From NCBI GenBank assembly GCA_963725865.1, contig CAVSAC010000010.1:864001-928000 (forward strand): a DNA stretch of 64,000 bases, written 5' to 3'. How positions within the stretch are numbered: the first letter of the stretch is position 1; each line of letters opens with the position of its first letter. This document shows positions 20,432 to 29,338 of the stretch, piece by piece. The notes under the pieces are model-generated. The model saw nothing but the letters and a program-made list of their open reading frames with translations. It was not told the origin of the DNA and ran no database searches. The position numbers were made by a program, and so were the translations under genes. The stretch comes from Candidatus Eiseniibacteriota bacterium. GTDB taxonomy: Bacteria > Eisenbacteria > RBG-16-71-46.

Positions 20432-21154
20432 TCAGGCGTGCGCCTTCGCGGCGTCCGCCCGCAGCCGCTCGAACTTCTCCAGCGCGGCCATCGCGACCAG
20501 GCTCACCGCGGCCTCGACCGGGATGCCGGCGCGGTTGAGCACCAGGTCGTAGCCGAGCGGGTCGTCGATGTCGGCGCCGTACACCTTGCGAATGAACTCG
20601 CGCCGCTCGCGGTCGGCGACGTCGATCGTGTGCTCGGCATCGTGCGGGCTCAGCCCCTCGTGATCGATCAGCCGCCGGATCCGCACGTCGCGCGGTGCGA
20701 CCACCCGCACGTGGAATCCGCGGTCGTGCCCGATGATGAAGTTCGCGCCGCGGCCCACCACCACCACGCCGCCCAGTTGCGACATCGCGAGCACGGTCTC
20801 GAGCAGCGCGCGCACGTAGTCGGACGCCGTGATGTAGCGGCCGGCGAACATCGCCTCGAGCCACGCCGCGATCTCGGAGCGCGTGTGCTCGTCGAGCGTC
20901 TCCAGGAGGCGGCGCTGGTAGCCGGTGGTGGCGCAGATGCGATCGAGCAGGTCGCGGTGCAGGAGCGTGTAGTCGAACCGCTCGGCGAGCTGCCCGGCCA
21001 GCAGCGTGCCACCGCTGCCGCGCTGGCGCGAGATGGTGATCACCGGTTGGTGCACGGGATGAGCGGCCTCGGGCCGCGGGAGCGTGCGGGCCAGCCGCCG
21101 CTCGAGTTCCCATCGTCTCAGCTGGCGATCGAGGATGGCATCGGTGGACGGCAT
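20432..21154 (-). CDS. Cytidylate kinase-like family protein
   Basis: AAGGAGG RBS; VITISRQRGSGG, VVVGRGANFI, HVRVVAP, DRERREFI, DPLGYDLVLN. Confidence 0.85.
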   Translation of the reverse strand: MPSTDAILDRQLRRWELERRLARTLPRPEAAHPVHQPVITISRQRGSGGTLLAGQLAERFDYTLLHRDLLDRICATTGYQRRLLETLDEHTRSEIAAWLEAMFAGRYITASDYVRALLETVLAMSQLGGVVVVGRGANFIIGHDRGFHVRVVAPRDVRIRRLIDHEGLSPHDAEHTIDVADRERREFIRKVYGADIDDPLGYDLVLNRAGIPVEAAVSLVAMAALEKFERLRADAAKAHA

Positions 21155-21430
21155 GGCCGCCTCCTTCGCCACCGGGGTGCCGCGAGCGATTCGTCGCGCA
21201 CGGGCGCCACCGCGCGTCCGCCGCAGATTCGCGGCCCGCCGGGGCTTTCGTTGACCCGAGCCTAGCACCCGGGCCGGGTTCCGACGAATGCCGCTGCTCG
21301 CTTCGGGGCTCGCGCCGGGATCGCACACCGGGCTCTCGCACCGCGGCGGTCCCTGCGACTAAGATGGCCCCGTCGGGACCGCCTCGGGGTCTCCCCCGCC
21401 GGGCGCGGCCCCATCCCGGAGGTCGCCGTC

Positions 21431-22216
21431 ATGCACCGCACCGCGTCCGTGCTGGCCCCGCTGCTCCTGTTGGCCCTCTCCATCTCTGCCGCGCACGCGG
21501 GCCCGTGGTACGTGCGTGGCAACTACTATTGCGCCGACAGCACGAACGATCCGGAAGCCGGCGGCACCTGCTGGGGCTGGGACGGCGCGAACGAGATGTT
21601 CGACGACGGCCTGCACGGCGACGACGCGCCCAACGACGGGATCTTCGGCGCGTACGTGCCCTGCACCGAGCCCGCGGGCAAGCTCGGGTTCAAGGTCGCG
21701 CTCAACGACTGGAGCGAGTCGCATCCCAACTCGCCGATCGACGTGTTCGCGAACGCGGTGGTGTACGCGGGCGGCCCGGGGGACGTGATCCACTTCCGCT
21801 TCGACACCGGCTACATCGGGGACGGCTGGCAGCCGTACTTCGACGCCGTCTCCACCGATCACGGCATGCCGCCCGGAGCGCAGCTCGAGGTCATCGGCAG
21901 CGCGCCCGAGACCGGATCGTGGAACAACGGAATCCCGCTGAACCACATCGGCCAGCGCTGGCAGCAGGTGATCCCCATCCACACGCCGGGGGTGTACGAG
22001 TTCAAGATCCGCGTCGCGGGGACCTGGTCCGAGGTGGCGTTCGGCTACGACTACAACAACACCCAGGGCTCGAACGCCGTCTACCAGACCCTGCTGCCCG
22101 ACACCGACGTGCTGTTCCAGTTCGACGAGATCACCGGCCGCGTGCGCGGCATCGAGCTGGGGCAGACGCCGTCGGCGCGCACGTCGTGGGGACAGCTGAA
22201 GACGCGCTATCGGTGA
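21431..22216 (+). CDS. Secreted protein with possible carbohydrate-binding (CBM20/48-like) modules and SWGxxKxxY tail
   Basis: GGAGG RBS; signal peptide; MFDDGLHGDDAPNDGIF; VIGSAPETGSWN...PGVYEFK; ends QTPSARTSWGQLKTRYR. Confidence 0.8.
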   Translation: MHRTASVLAPLLLLALSISAAHAGPWYVRGNYYCADSTNDPEAGGTCWGWDGANEMFDDGLHGDDAPNDGIFGAYVPCTEPAGKLGFKVALNDWSESHPNSPIDVFANAVVYAGGPGDVIHFRFDTGYIGDGWQPYFDAVSTDHGMPPGAQLEVIGSAPETGSWNNGIPLNHIGQRWQQVIPIHTPGVYEFKIRVAGTWSEVAFGYDYNNTQGSNAVYQTLLPDTDVLFQFDEITGRVRGIELGQTPSARTSWGQLKTRYR

Positions 22217-22285
22217 GCGCCCGGTGCCCGGACCGAAGGGCGCGCCGTGTCTGGGCAGTGGATCGCCCTCCGCCCGCTCGACGAG

Positions 22286-22315
22286 CGAGGCCCCGCCGCT
22301 GCCGGCGGGGCCTCG
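22286..22315. terminator. Hairpin between convergent genes
   Basis: CGAGGCCCCGCCG-ctgc-CGGCGGGGCCTCG. Confidence 0.55.
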
Positions 22316-22368
22316 TGCGTTGGTGCGCGCAGATCGGCGCGCCCGCGTGAGGCGAGCGATCCCGCCCG

Positions 22369-25300
22369 CTACTCCTTCCGCCAGTCCGGCACCCGGCCCG
22401 GCGTCCACGGCGCGCCGGCCGCCTCGGCGTCACGCTCGAGGTCGCGCAGATCGGCCTCGATCAGCGTCTTCACCCGCGGCAGCAGGGTCTCGAACGCGGC
22501 GGCCGCGACGTCGTACTCGTGGCGCAGCGTGTTCGTGGGATCGCCGGTCGTGTACCAGTGGCCGGTCACCACCCGGTCGATGCGGTCGGTGATCGAGGGC
22601 GACGTGGGCTCGTTGCGTGTCGCGAGGAACGCGTCGCCGTCCAGCTCGAGCTGCAGGTCCTTCACGCGCTGCTCGAGCGCGCGCGCCCGCGTCGCGAGCG
22701 CCGAGGTCTCGGCGCCCGGCGTGTCGTCGAGCGCCTTCTTGAGCAGCGTCAGCCGGTCCTGCGCGTCCTCGAGCGCGCGCGAGGCGCCGAGTGCGGCGCG
22801 CTGCAGGCGCGCGGTCCGCAGCTGGAACGCCTGCAGCGCCCCGCGGTCGGCGGGCGGCAGCGTGGCGTCGCCGAGCGGCGCGATCGTGAACTCGGCGGGC
22901 GCCGACGAGGCGACCACCTTGCCTTCGGCGAGCGTGGCGAGCGTCACGCGATAGGTACCGGGTGCCGCGAGCGGGCCGACCGGCGGCTGGTCCCACGGCG
23001 CGAGATCGGCGGGTGTCAGCCGCGCGGGCCGGCTCGACGGATAGCGCAGGTCCCAGCTCACGCGGTGAAAGCCCGCGGTGACCGGCCCGCTGATCCGGCG
23101 CACCACGTTGCCCGCTTCGTCCGTGACGACGAGCACCGCGGCCGGCGCCTCCTCGCGGGCTTCGGCGCGCAGGCTGTCCCAGGTCGGGTAGAAGGTGTCG
23201 GCGCCCCGCTTCGCGATCGCCTGCTCGCGCTCCTGGCGCTGTTTCTCGCGGGTCTTGATCGCGTTCGCCAGGTAGTAGGTGAACGTGGCGCCGAGCGGCG
23301 GGTTCGGGGCGGTGAAGAACGCGTCGCCCTGGAACGACTTGTCGCGCCCGCCGAGCGGCGACGCGGGCGCGAACACGCGCGCCGGGCGCACCGGCATCAG
23401 CGCCGCCGCGCTGTCGAGCAGCGCCGCGCCCACGTGGCGCAGCGGCGACAGGTCGTCGAGGACGTAGAAGCCGCGGCCGAACGTCGCGACCACCAGGTCG
23501 TCGTCGCGCCGCTGGATCGCGAGGTCCTTCACGCAGACCGTCGGCATGCCGCCCTTGAGCTGGATCCACTTCCGGCCGCCGTCGGCGGTGAAGAACACGC
23601 CGAACTCGGTCCCCGCGAACAGCAGGTCGGGATCGCGGGTGTCCTCGGCGAGTGCGTACACGGTGCCGCGCGCCGGCAGGTCACCGGCGATGCTGGTCCA
23701 CGAGCGGCCGAGGTCGGTGCTCTTCAGCACGTAGGGCCGGAAGTCGCCCATCTTGTGGTTGTCGAACGCGGCGTAGAGCGTGCCGTCGGCGTGCCGCGAG
23801 GCCTCGAGGCGCGAGACGTACGCGAGGTCGGGCACGCCGGGGAACCGGTCGATGCGCCGCCACGCGCGGCCGCCGTCCTCGGTCACCTGCACCAGGCCGT
23901 CGTCGGTGCCGACCGCGATCACGCCCTCCTTCCGCGGCGACTCGCTGAGCGCCACGATGTTCCCGTAGAACGAGGTCGACGCGTTGTGGGCGACCGCGTC
24001 CACGCTCCAGACCCGGTCCATCACCTTCATCTTGTTGCGGTCGAGCTGGCGGCTCAGGTCGCCGCTCACCGCCACCCAGGTGTCGCCGCGGTCGTCGCTG
24101 CGGAACAGCCGCTGCGCCGCGAAGTAGAGCCGGGTGTGCGCGTGCGGGCTGATGATCAGTGGGGAGTCCCAGTTCCAGCGCAGCGGCGGATCGCCGGGCC
24201 CGGGCTGCGGCTGCAGGTCGATCGTCTCGCCGGTGCGCCGGTCGAGGCGCACCAGCGCGCCGTACTGCGCCTCGGAGTACACGATCATCGGATCGGTCGG
24301 ATCGACGCGGGTCTGGAAGCCGTCGCCGCCGGTGGTGACGAAGCAGTCCTGGTTGGTGATGCCGTGCTCGGTCCGCGTGCGCGACGGCACGCCGAGCGAG
24401 TAGTTGTCCTGGGTGCCGCCGTACACCAGGTAGAACGGCTCGCTGTTGTCCACCTCGAGCTTGTAGAACTGGGTGACCGGCAGGTTCCCGAAGAACCGCC
24501 AGGTCGCGCCGCGGTCGTACGACTCGTAGAGCCCGCCGTCGCAGCCGCTGAGGAGATGGTCGCTGCGTCCGGGCTCGATCCACAGCGCGTGGTTGTCCAC
24601 GTGCTTGAACGTCTCGCCCACGCGCTTGAAGGTCTTGCCGGCGTCCTGGGTCACCATCATCCAGGTGTCCATCAGGTAGACGCGACCGTCGACGCCCGGG
24701 TCCGCGATCAGCTCCTGGTAGTACTGCGCGCTCCCGCTCACGTAGTCGGAGCGCTTGTCCCAGTGGCTCCCGCCGTCGGTCGAGCGGTAGAAGCCGCCGT
24801 TCTTCCGCGTCGCCTCGACCGTGGCGTAGATCGTGTTGGGGTCCTGCGGCGAGAGGCAGATGCCGATGCGGCCGAGGTCGCCCTCCGGCAGGCCGCTCGT
24901 CAGTTTGCTCCACGTCTTGCCGCCGTCGCTGCTCTTGTGGATGCCCGAGCCGGGACCGCCGTCCACCATCGTCCACACGCGGCGCCCGCGCTGGTAGGAC
25001 ACGGCGTACAGCACGTCGTGGTCGCGCGGGTCGATCACCACCTCGCTCACGCCCGTCCAGCCGTCGATCGCGAGCACCCGGTTCCAGGTCGCGCCGCCAT
25101 CGGTGGTCTTGTACAGGCCGCGGTCGCCGCCCGCGGACCACAGCGGCCCCTGGCAGGCCACGTACACCGTGCGGCTGTCGGTGGGGTCCACCGCGATCTG
25201 GCCGATGTGCTCGCTGGCGGCGAGCCCGAGCTTCTTCCACGAGTGCCCGCCATCGACCGACTTGTAGACGCCGTCGCCGTAGCTCACCGAGCGCTGGCTG

Positions 25301-25677
25301 TTGTTCTCGCCGGTCCCCACCCACACGGTCAGCGGGTCCTTCGGGTCCAGCGTCACGCAGCCGATCGAGTACGAGCCCTGGTCGTCGAAGATGGGACTGA
25401 ACGTGGTGCCCGCGTTCGTGGTCTTCCAGACCCCGCCGCTCGCGACCGCCACGTACCAGGTCTTGGGGTCGGTCCGGTCGACGGCCAGGTCGATGACGCG
25501 GCCCGAGGTGAGCGCCGGGCCGAGGCTGCGCAGCGTCAATCCGGAGAACGTGTCGCTGACGAACTTGCTCTCGGCGGTCTTGGGGGCGGGCTTCGCGCTC
25601 GTCGGAGCGGCCGCGGCGGAGACCGCCGGGGACGCGATCACGAGCGCGAGGCTGACGGCGGCGACGATTCGGCGCAT
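22369..25677 (-). CDS. Secreted VPS10/BNR-repeat (sortilin-like) glycosyl hydrolase-like protein
   Basis: Signal peptide MRRIVAAVSLALVIASPAVSA; many Asp-box repeats (KSVDGGHSW, KTTDGGATW, RSDDRGDTW); WVGTGENNSQRSVSYGDG; RWNWDSP; ATFGRGFYVLDD. Confidence 0.9.
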   Translation of the reverse strand: MRRIVAAVSLALVIASPAVSAAAAPTSAKPAPKTAESKFVSDTFSGLTLRSLGPALTSGRVIDLAVDRTDPKTWYVAVASGGVWKTTNAGTTFSPIFDDQGSYSIGCVTLDPKDPLTVWVGTGENNSQRSVSYGDGVYKSVDGGHSWKKLGLAASEHIGQIAVDPTDSRTVYVACQGPLWSAGGDRGLYKTTDGGATWNRVLAIDGWTGVSEVVIDPRDHDVLYAVSYQRGRRVWTMVDGGPGSGIHKSSDGGKTWSKLTSGLPEGDLGRIGICLSPQDPNTIYATVEATRKNGGFYRSTDGGSHWDKRSDYVSGSAQYYQELIADPGVDGRVYLMDTWMMVTQDAGKTFKRVGETFKHVDNHALWIEPGRSDHLLSGCDGGLYESYDRGATWRFFGNLPVTQFYKLEVDNSEPFYLVYGGTQDNYSLGVPSRTRTEHGITNQDCFVTTGGDGFQTRVDPTDPMIVYSEAQYGALVRLDRRTGETIDLQPQPGPGDPPLRWNWDSPLIISPHAHTRLYFAAQRLFRSDDRGDTWVAVSGDLSRQLDRNKMKVMDRVWSVDAVAHNASTSFYGNIVALSESPRKEGVIAVGTDDGLVQVTEDGGRAWRRIDRFPGVPDLAYVSRLEASRHADGTLYAAFDNHKMGDFRPYVLKSTDLGRSWTSIAGDLPARGTVYALAEDTRDPDLLFAGTEFGVFFTADGGRKWIQLKGGMPTVCVKDLAIQRRDDDLVVATFGRGFYVLDDLSPLRHVGAALLDSAAALMPVRPARVFAPASPLGGRDKSFQGDAFFTAPNPPLGATFTYYLANAIKTREKQRQEREQAIAKRGADTFYPTWDSLRAEAREEAPAAVLVVTDEAGNVVRRISGPVTAGFHRVSWDLRYPSSRPARLTPADLAPWDQPPVGPLAAPGTYRVTLATLAEGKVVASSAPAEFTIAPLGDATLPPADRGALQAFQLRTARLQRAALGASRALEDAQDRLTLLKKALDDTPGAETSALATRARALEQRVKDLQLELDGDAFLATRNEPTSPSITDRIDRVVTGHWYTTGDPTNTLRHEYDVAAAAFETLLPRVKTLIEADLRDLERDAEAAGAPWTPGRVPDWRKE

Positions 25678-25990
25678 CGACGGGTCCCTCGCATGCAGGT
25701 GAGGCCGGCGCCGCGAACCGGGCCGGCCGGATGGAGACGGAGGCGCGGACTGTAGCCCCGCGGACCCCCGGGCGCGAGCAGCCCGCCCGACGAGCGCGGC
25801 AGAGCGAGCGCACGAGCGCGGAACCGCGCGCGCGCCGCGTTCGTCGCGCCATTCGTTCACGCCTCGACAAACTTGCGCGTCCGACCCAACCCGGCCTTGT
25901 ACGCGTGCAACCCCGGGCGTCTGCTGTCCGTCGAAGCAGGCACGACACGGCCGCGGCGCTGCGCTCACTCGACTCGAATCGGAGGTGACC

Positions 25991-26362
25991 ATGTTCGGAC
26001 GCCTGATGTCGACGCTCGCGGGCGTGTTGTTCATGCTGGGCCTCCTCGGCCTCGAGAGCGCGACGCTGCACGCGATCGTTCCGACCGCGAGCCGCGCGGC
26101 CTCCGGCGCCCAGGCGATGACGCTCGTCCACGCGGGGGCCATCGCCACCCGCGCGCTCACGCAGCAGGCGCTCGCCACTGCGGAGCGGGCGGTCACGCCC
26201 GTCGTCGCGTCGGTGCTCGGCAGCGCGACGGAATTCGCCGCGGCGACCGAGGGCGCGTTCGGCGTCGGCACTCCGCGCGGATGCATCCGCCTGCGGGCGA
26301 TTCCCTGCCGGACCGTCGGCTGCGCGCGCTCGGTGCGGGTCCTGATGGCAGTCCCCAGCTAG
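25991..26362 (+). CDS. Hypothetical membrane or exported protein
   Basis: Strong GGAGGTG RBS; hydrophobic N-terminus; no recognisable motif. Confidence 0.5.
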   Translation: MFGRLMSTLAGVLFMLGLLGLESATLHAIVPTASRAASGAQAMTLVHAGAIATRALTQQALATAERAVTPVVASVLGSATEFAAATEGAFGVGTPRGCIRLRAIPCRTVGCARSVRVLMAVPS

Positions 26363-26556
26363 ATTCGTACGCGCTCCGCGCCTGGGGGGGTGCGGATGCG
26401 CGCCGCGCGGCGGCCGACCGGGACCGCCGCGCGAACTCCTGCGCCGCGCCTCGCGTGCTCCACGCGGGGCGCGGTTCTGCTAGCATCGCGTCCCGCACGC
26501 CGGCTCGAGCCGCGTGCGCACGACGGTCGCGAATCCCATGTCCGGAGGTCCCCGAT

Positions 26557-27420
26557 ATGTCCACGCCGATCCAGCGCGCGACCCTGCCCGCCGCGCTCGC
26601 GCTCCTGTCGCTCGTCGCCCCCGCTTCCGCCCAGCTCGCGCTCCCGCGCGTGAGCCCCAACGCCAGCGTGTCGCAGACCATCGGCATCACCGACGTCACC
26701 GTGAAGTACTGCCGCCCCGGCGTGAAGGGGCGCGTCATCTGGGGCCAGCTGGTGCCGCTCGCCCAGCCGTGGCGCACCGGCGCCAACGAGGCGACCTCCT
26801 TCACCACCACCCACGACGTCACCATCAACGGCCAGGCGCTCAAGGCCGGCACCTACGCGTTCTTCACCATCCCGGGCGAGTCGACCTGGCAGGTGGTGTT
26901 CAACACCGACAAGGACCTGTGGGGCGCGGTCGGCTACAAGCCCGAGCACGACGCGCTGCGCGTCACCGTCACGCCCCAGGCGGCCGAGGCGCAGGAGTGG
27001 ATGCGGTTCTCGTTCGAGAACCTGACCCCGAACAGCGCCGACCTGGTGCTGCGCTGGGAGAAGCTCGCGATTCCCGTGACCATCGCGGCGGACGTCAACG
27101 GCATCGTGCTCGCCGGCGTGCGCGACGCCACCTCGAAGGCCAAGAGCGACGACTGGCGCACGCCCTACCAGGCGGCGAACTGGTGCTTCCAGAACACCCA
27201 GGCGATGGACGACGCCGCCAAGTGGCTCGAGAAGTCGCTCGCGGTCAAGACCACCTACGCCAACCTCGGCCTCAAGGCGCGCTGGCTGGCGAAGGACGGC
27301 AAGACCAAGGACGCGATCTCGACCGGCACGAAGGCGATCGAGATGGGCAAGGCCGACCCCGACAAGCCCGACATCTCGGCACTCGAGAAGTCGGTCGCGG
27401 AGTGGACCGCCGCCAAGTAG
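26557..27420 (+). CDS. DUF2911 domain exported protein with C-terminal TPR-like helices
   Basis: GGAGG RBS; LPRVSPNASVSQTIGITDVTVKYCRPGVKGRVIWGQLVP...WRTGANEAT. Confidence 0.85.
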   Translation: MSTPIQRATLPAALALLSLVAPASAQLALPRVSPNASVSQTIGITDVTVKYCRPGVKGRVIWGQLVPLAQPWRTGANEATSFTTTHDVTINGQALKAGTYAFFTIPGESTWQVVFNTDKDLWGAVGYKPEHDALRVTVTPQAAEAQEWMRFSFENLTPNSADLVLRWEKLAIPVTIAADVNGIVLAGVRDATSKAKSDDWRTPYQAANWCFQNTQAMDDAAKWLEKSLAVKTTYANLGLKARWLAKDGKTKDAISTGTKAIEMGKADPDKPDISALEKSVAEWTAAK

Positions 27421-27433
27421 CGCGCACCGACGC

Positions 27434-27470
27434 ACGAAGGCCCGCGGGGCGCACCCCCGCGGGCCTTCGT
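27434..27470. terminator. Bidirectional terminator-like hairpin
   Basis: 16-bp perfect stem ACGAAGGCCCGCGGGG-cgcac-CCCCGCGGGCCTTCGT between convergent genes. Confidence 0.7.
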
Positions 27471-27485
27471 CGTGGAGCGCGGCGC

Positions 27486-29189
27486 TCAGGCGGTCACGGT
27501 GCGGCGCCCGCGCCCCATCCACGGCTCCAGCGCGAGCGCCAGCAGCACCACCAGCGCGCACCCGATCACGTTGTACCAGAGGAACGAGAGGCCCGTGAGC
27601 CGGAAGCACGCGATCACCGCGGCCTCCGCCATCAGTGCCGCGGCGAACACCGCGTTCCCGCCCACGCGCCGGAGGTAGAACGCGGTCAGGAAGATCCCGA
27701 GGATGGTGCCGTAGAACAGCGAGCCCAGGATGTTCACGGCCTCCACCAGCGTGCCGAGGCTGCTGGCCCAGCCGGCGAACGCGATCGCGAACGCGGTCCA
27801 CGCGACGGTCGCGATCCGCGACACGTGCAAGTCGTGGCGCGGGTCCGGCCGGTGGCCGGGCAGCCGGCGCCACACGTCCACCACTGTGGTGGTGGCGAGC
27901 GCGTTCAGCTCCGCCGAGGTGGAGTTCATCGAGGCTGCGAACACCGCGGCGAACACCAGCCCCACCAGCCCCGCCGGCAGCGTGCCGAGCACGAACCAGA
28001 GGAACACGTAGTTGTTGTCGTTGCCGCTCGAGCCCGGGTTGGCCGCGCGCACCAGCGTGGCGCCGGCCGCGCGCGCCGCGCGCATGCGGTCCTCGGCCGC
28101 CCGCAGCGCCGCGGTCGCGCGCGCCTCGGCCGCGGCGTCGTGCCCGTGGCGCGCCGCGACCAGCGCGCGCGCGTCCCGCGCGCGGGCGGCGAACGCCGCG
28201 GCGTGCTCGGACTCGAGCCGCGCCCACGCCGCGGCCTGCGGGCCGTGGGCGGCGCGCGCCGCCTCGACCGGGTTGAAGTGAAGCGGCGGCGCGCGGAACA
28301 GCGTGACCGCGAACACCGTCACTCCGAGTGCCAGGATCACGAGCTGCATCGGCACCTTGAGCATGCCGTTCATCAGCAGGCCGCGCCGGCTCTCGCCCAC
28401 CGAGCGCGCGGTCAGGTAGCGGCCGACCTGCGACTGATCGGTGCCGAAATACGAGAGCTGCAGGAAGAACCCGCCCAGCAGGCCCGACCACAGGTTGTAG
28501 CGGTCGTTCGGATCGAAGTGCAGCTGCACCGCCTCGAGCTTGCCGAGGCGCCCCACCAGGTGCGCGGCGTCGCCGGCGCTCACGCCCGCCGGCAGCGCCG
28601 CCAGCGCGAGCGCGAACGCGACCGCCATGGTCGCGAGGATGATGAGGAACTGCAGCGTGTGGGTGTGGCTCACCGCGCGGCTGCCGCCGGTCGCGGTGTA
28701 CGCCACCACCAGCGCGCCCAGCAGCGCGCAGGTCCACCGCACGTCCCAACCCAGCAGCACCGACAGCACCAGCGCCGGCGCGTAGAGCGTGAGCCCGACC
28801 GCGAGCCCGCGCTGGACGAGGAACAGGCCGGCCGCCAGCGAGCGCGTCTTGGCGTCGAAGCGCCGCTCGAGGAACTCGTACGCCGTGAACACGCGCAGCC
28901 GGTGGTAGAGCGGCACCGCGGTGACCGACAGCACCACCATCGCGAGCGGCAGGCCGAAGTAGAACTGCACGAAGCGCAGCCCGTCCGCGAAGCCCTGTCC
29001 CGGCGTCGACAGGAACGTGATGGCGCTCGCCTGGGTGGCCATCACCGACAGCAGCACCATCGGCCACGGCAGCGAGCGGCCGGAGACCAGGTAGGCGTCG
29101 AGGCTGCCGCGCGCGCGGCCGCGCCACAGCCCGTAGCCCACGAAGAACGCCAGCGCCGCGAGCAGCACCGCCCAGTCGAGCGGCTTCAT
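27486..29189 (-). CDS. Sodium:solute symporter (SSS family)
   Basis: MKPLDW; SVMATQASAITFLSTPGQG; AYEFLERRF; YFGTDQSQVGRYL. Confidence 0.92.
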   Translation of the reverse strand: MKPLDWAVLLAALAFFVGYGLWRGRARGSLDAYLVSGRSLPWPMVLLSVMATQASAITFLSTPGQGFADGLRFVQFYFGLPLAMVVLSVTAVPLYHRLRVFTAYEFLERRFDAKTRSLAAGLFLVQRGLAVGLTLYAPALVLSVLLGWDVRWTCALLGALVVAYTATGGSRAVSHTHTLQFLIILATMAVAFALALAALPAGVSAGDAAHLVGRLGKLEAVQLHFDPNDRYNLWSGLLGGFFLQLSYFGTDQSQVGRYLTARSVGESRRGLLMNGMLKVPMQLVILALGVTVFAVTLFRAPPLHFNPVEAARAAHGPQAAAWARLESEHAAAFAARARDARALVAARHGHDAAAEARATAALRAAEDRMRAARAAGATLVRAANPGSSGNDNNYVFLWFVLGTLPAGLVGLVFAAVFAASMNSTSAELNALATTTVVDVWRRLPGHRPDPRHDLHVSRIATVAWTAFAIAFAGWASSLGTLVEAVNILGSLFYGTILGIFLTAFYLRRVGGNAVFAAALMAEAAVIACFRLTGLSFLWYNVIGCALVVLLALALEPWMGRGRRTVTA

Positions 29190-29338
29190 CCGAACGCCCG
29201 CGTGAGCGCGATCAGCAGCAGGATCACGAGCACCAGCTCGGCGATCACCACCGCGTAGGCGCGCGGCCACGCCCCGAGCGGCGGGCGCGGCTCGTCGGCG
29301 GGCGCGGGCTCGCGCGGCGGCGGCACGTCCGCGTTCAT
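29186..29338 (-). CDS. Small single-TM protein coupled to the SSS symporter
   Basis: 50 aa, MNADVPPP...WPRAYAVVIAELVLVILLLIALTRAFG; ATGA overlaps with both neighbours. Confidence 0.7.
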   Translation of the reverse strand: MNADVPPPREPAPADEPRPPLGAWPRAYAVVIAELVLVILLLIALTRAFG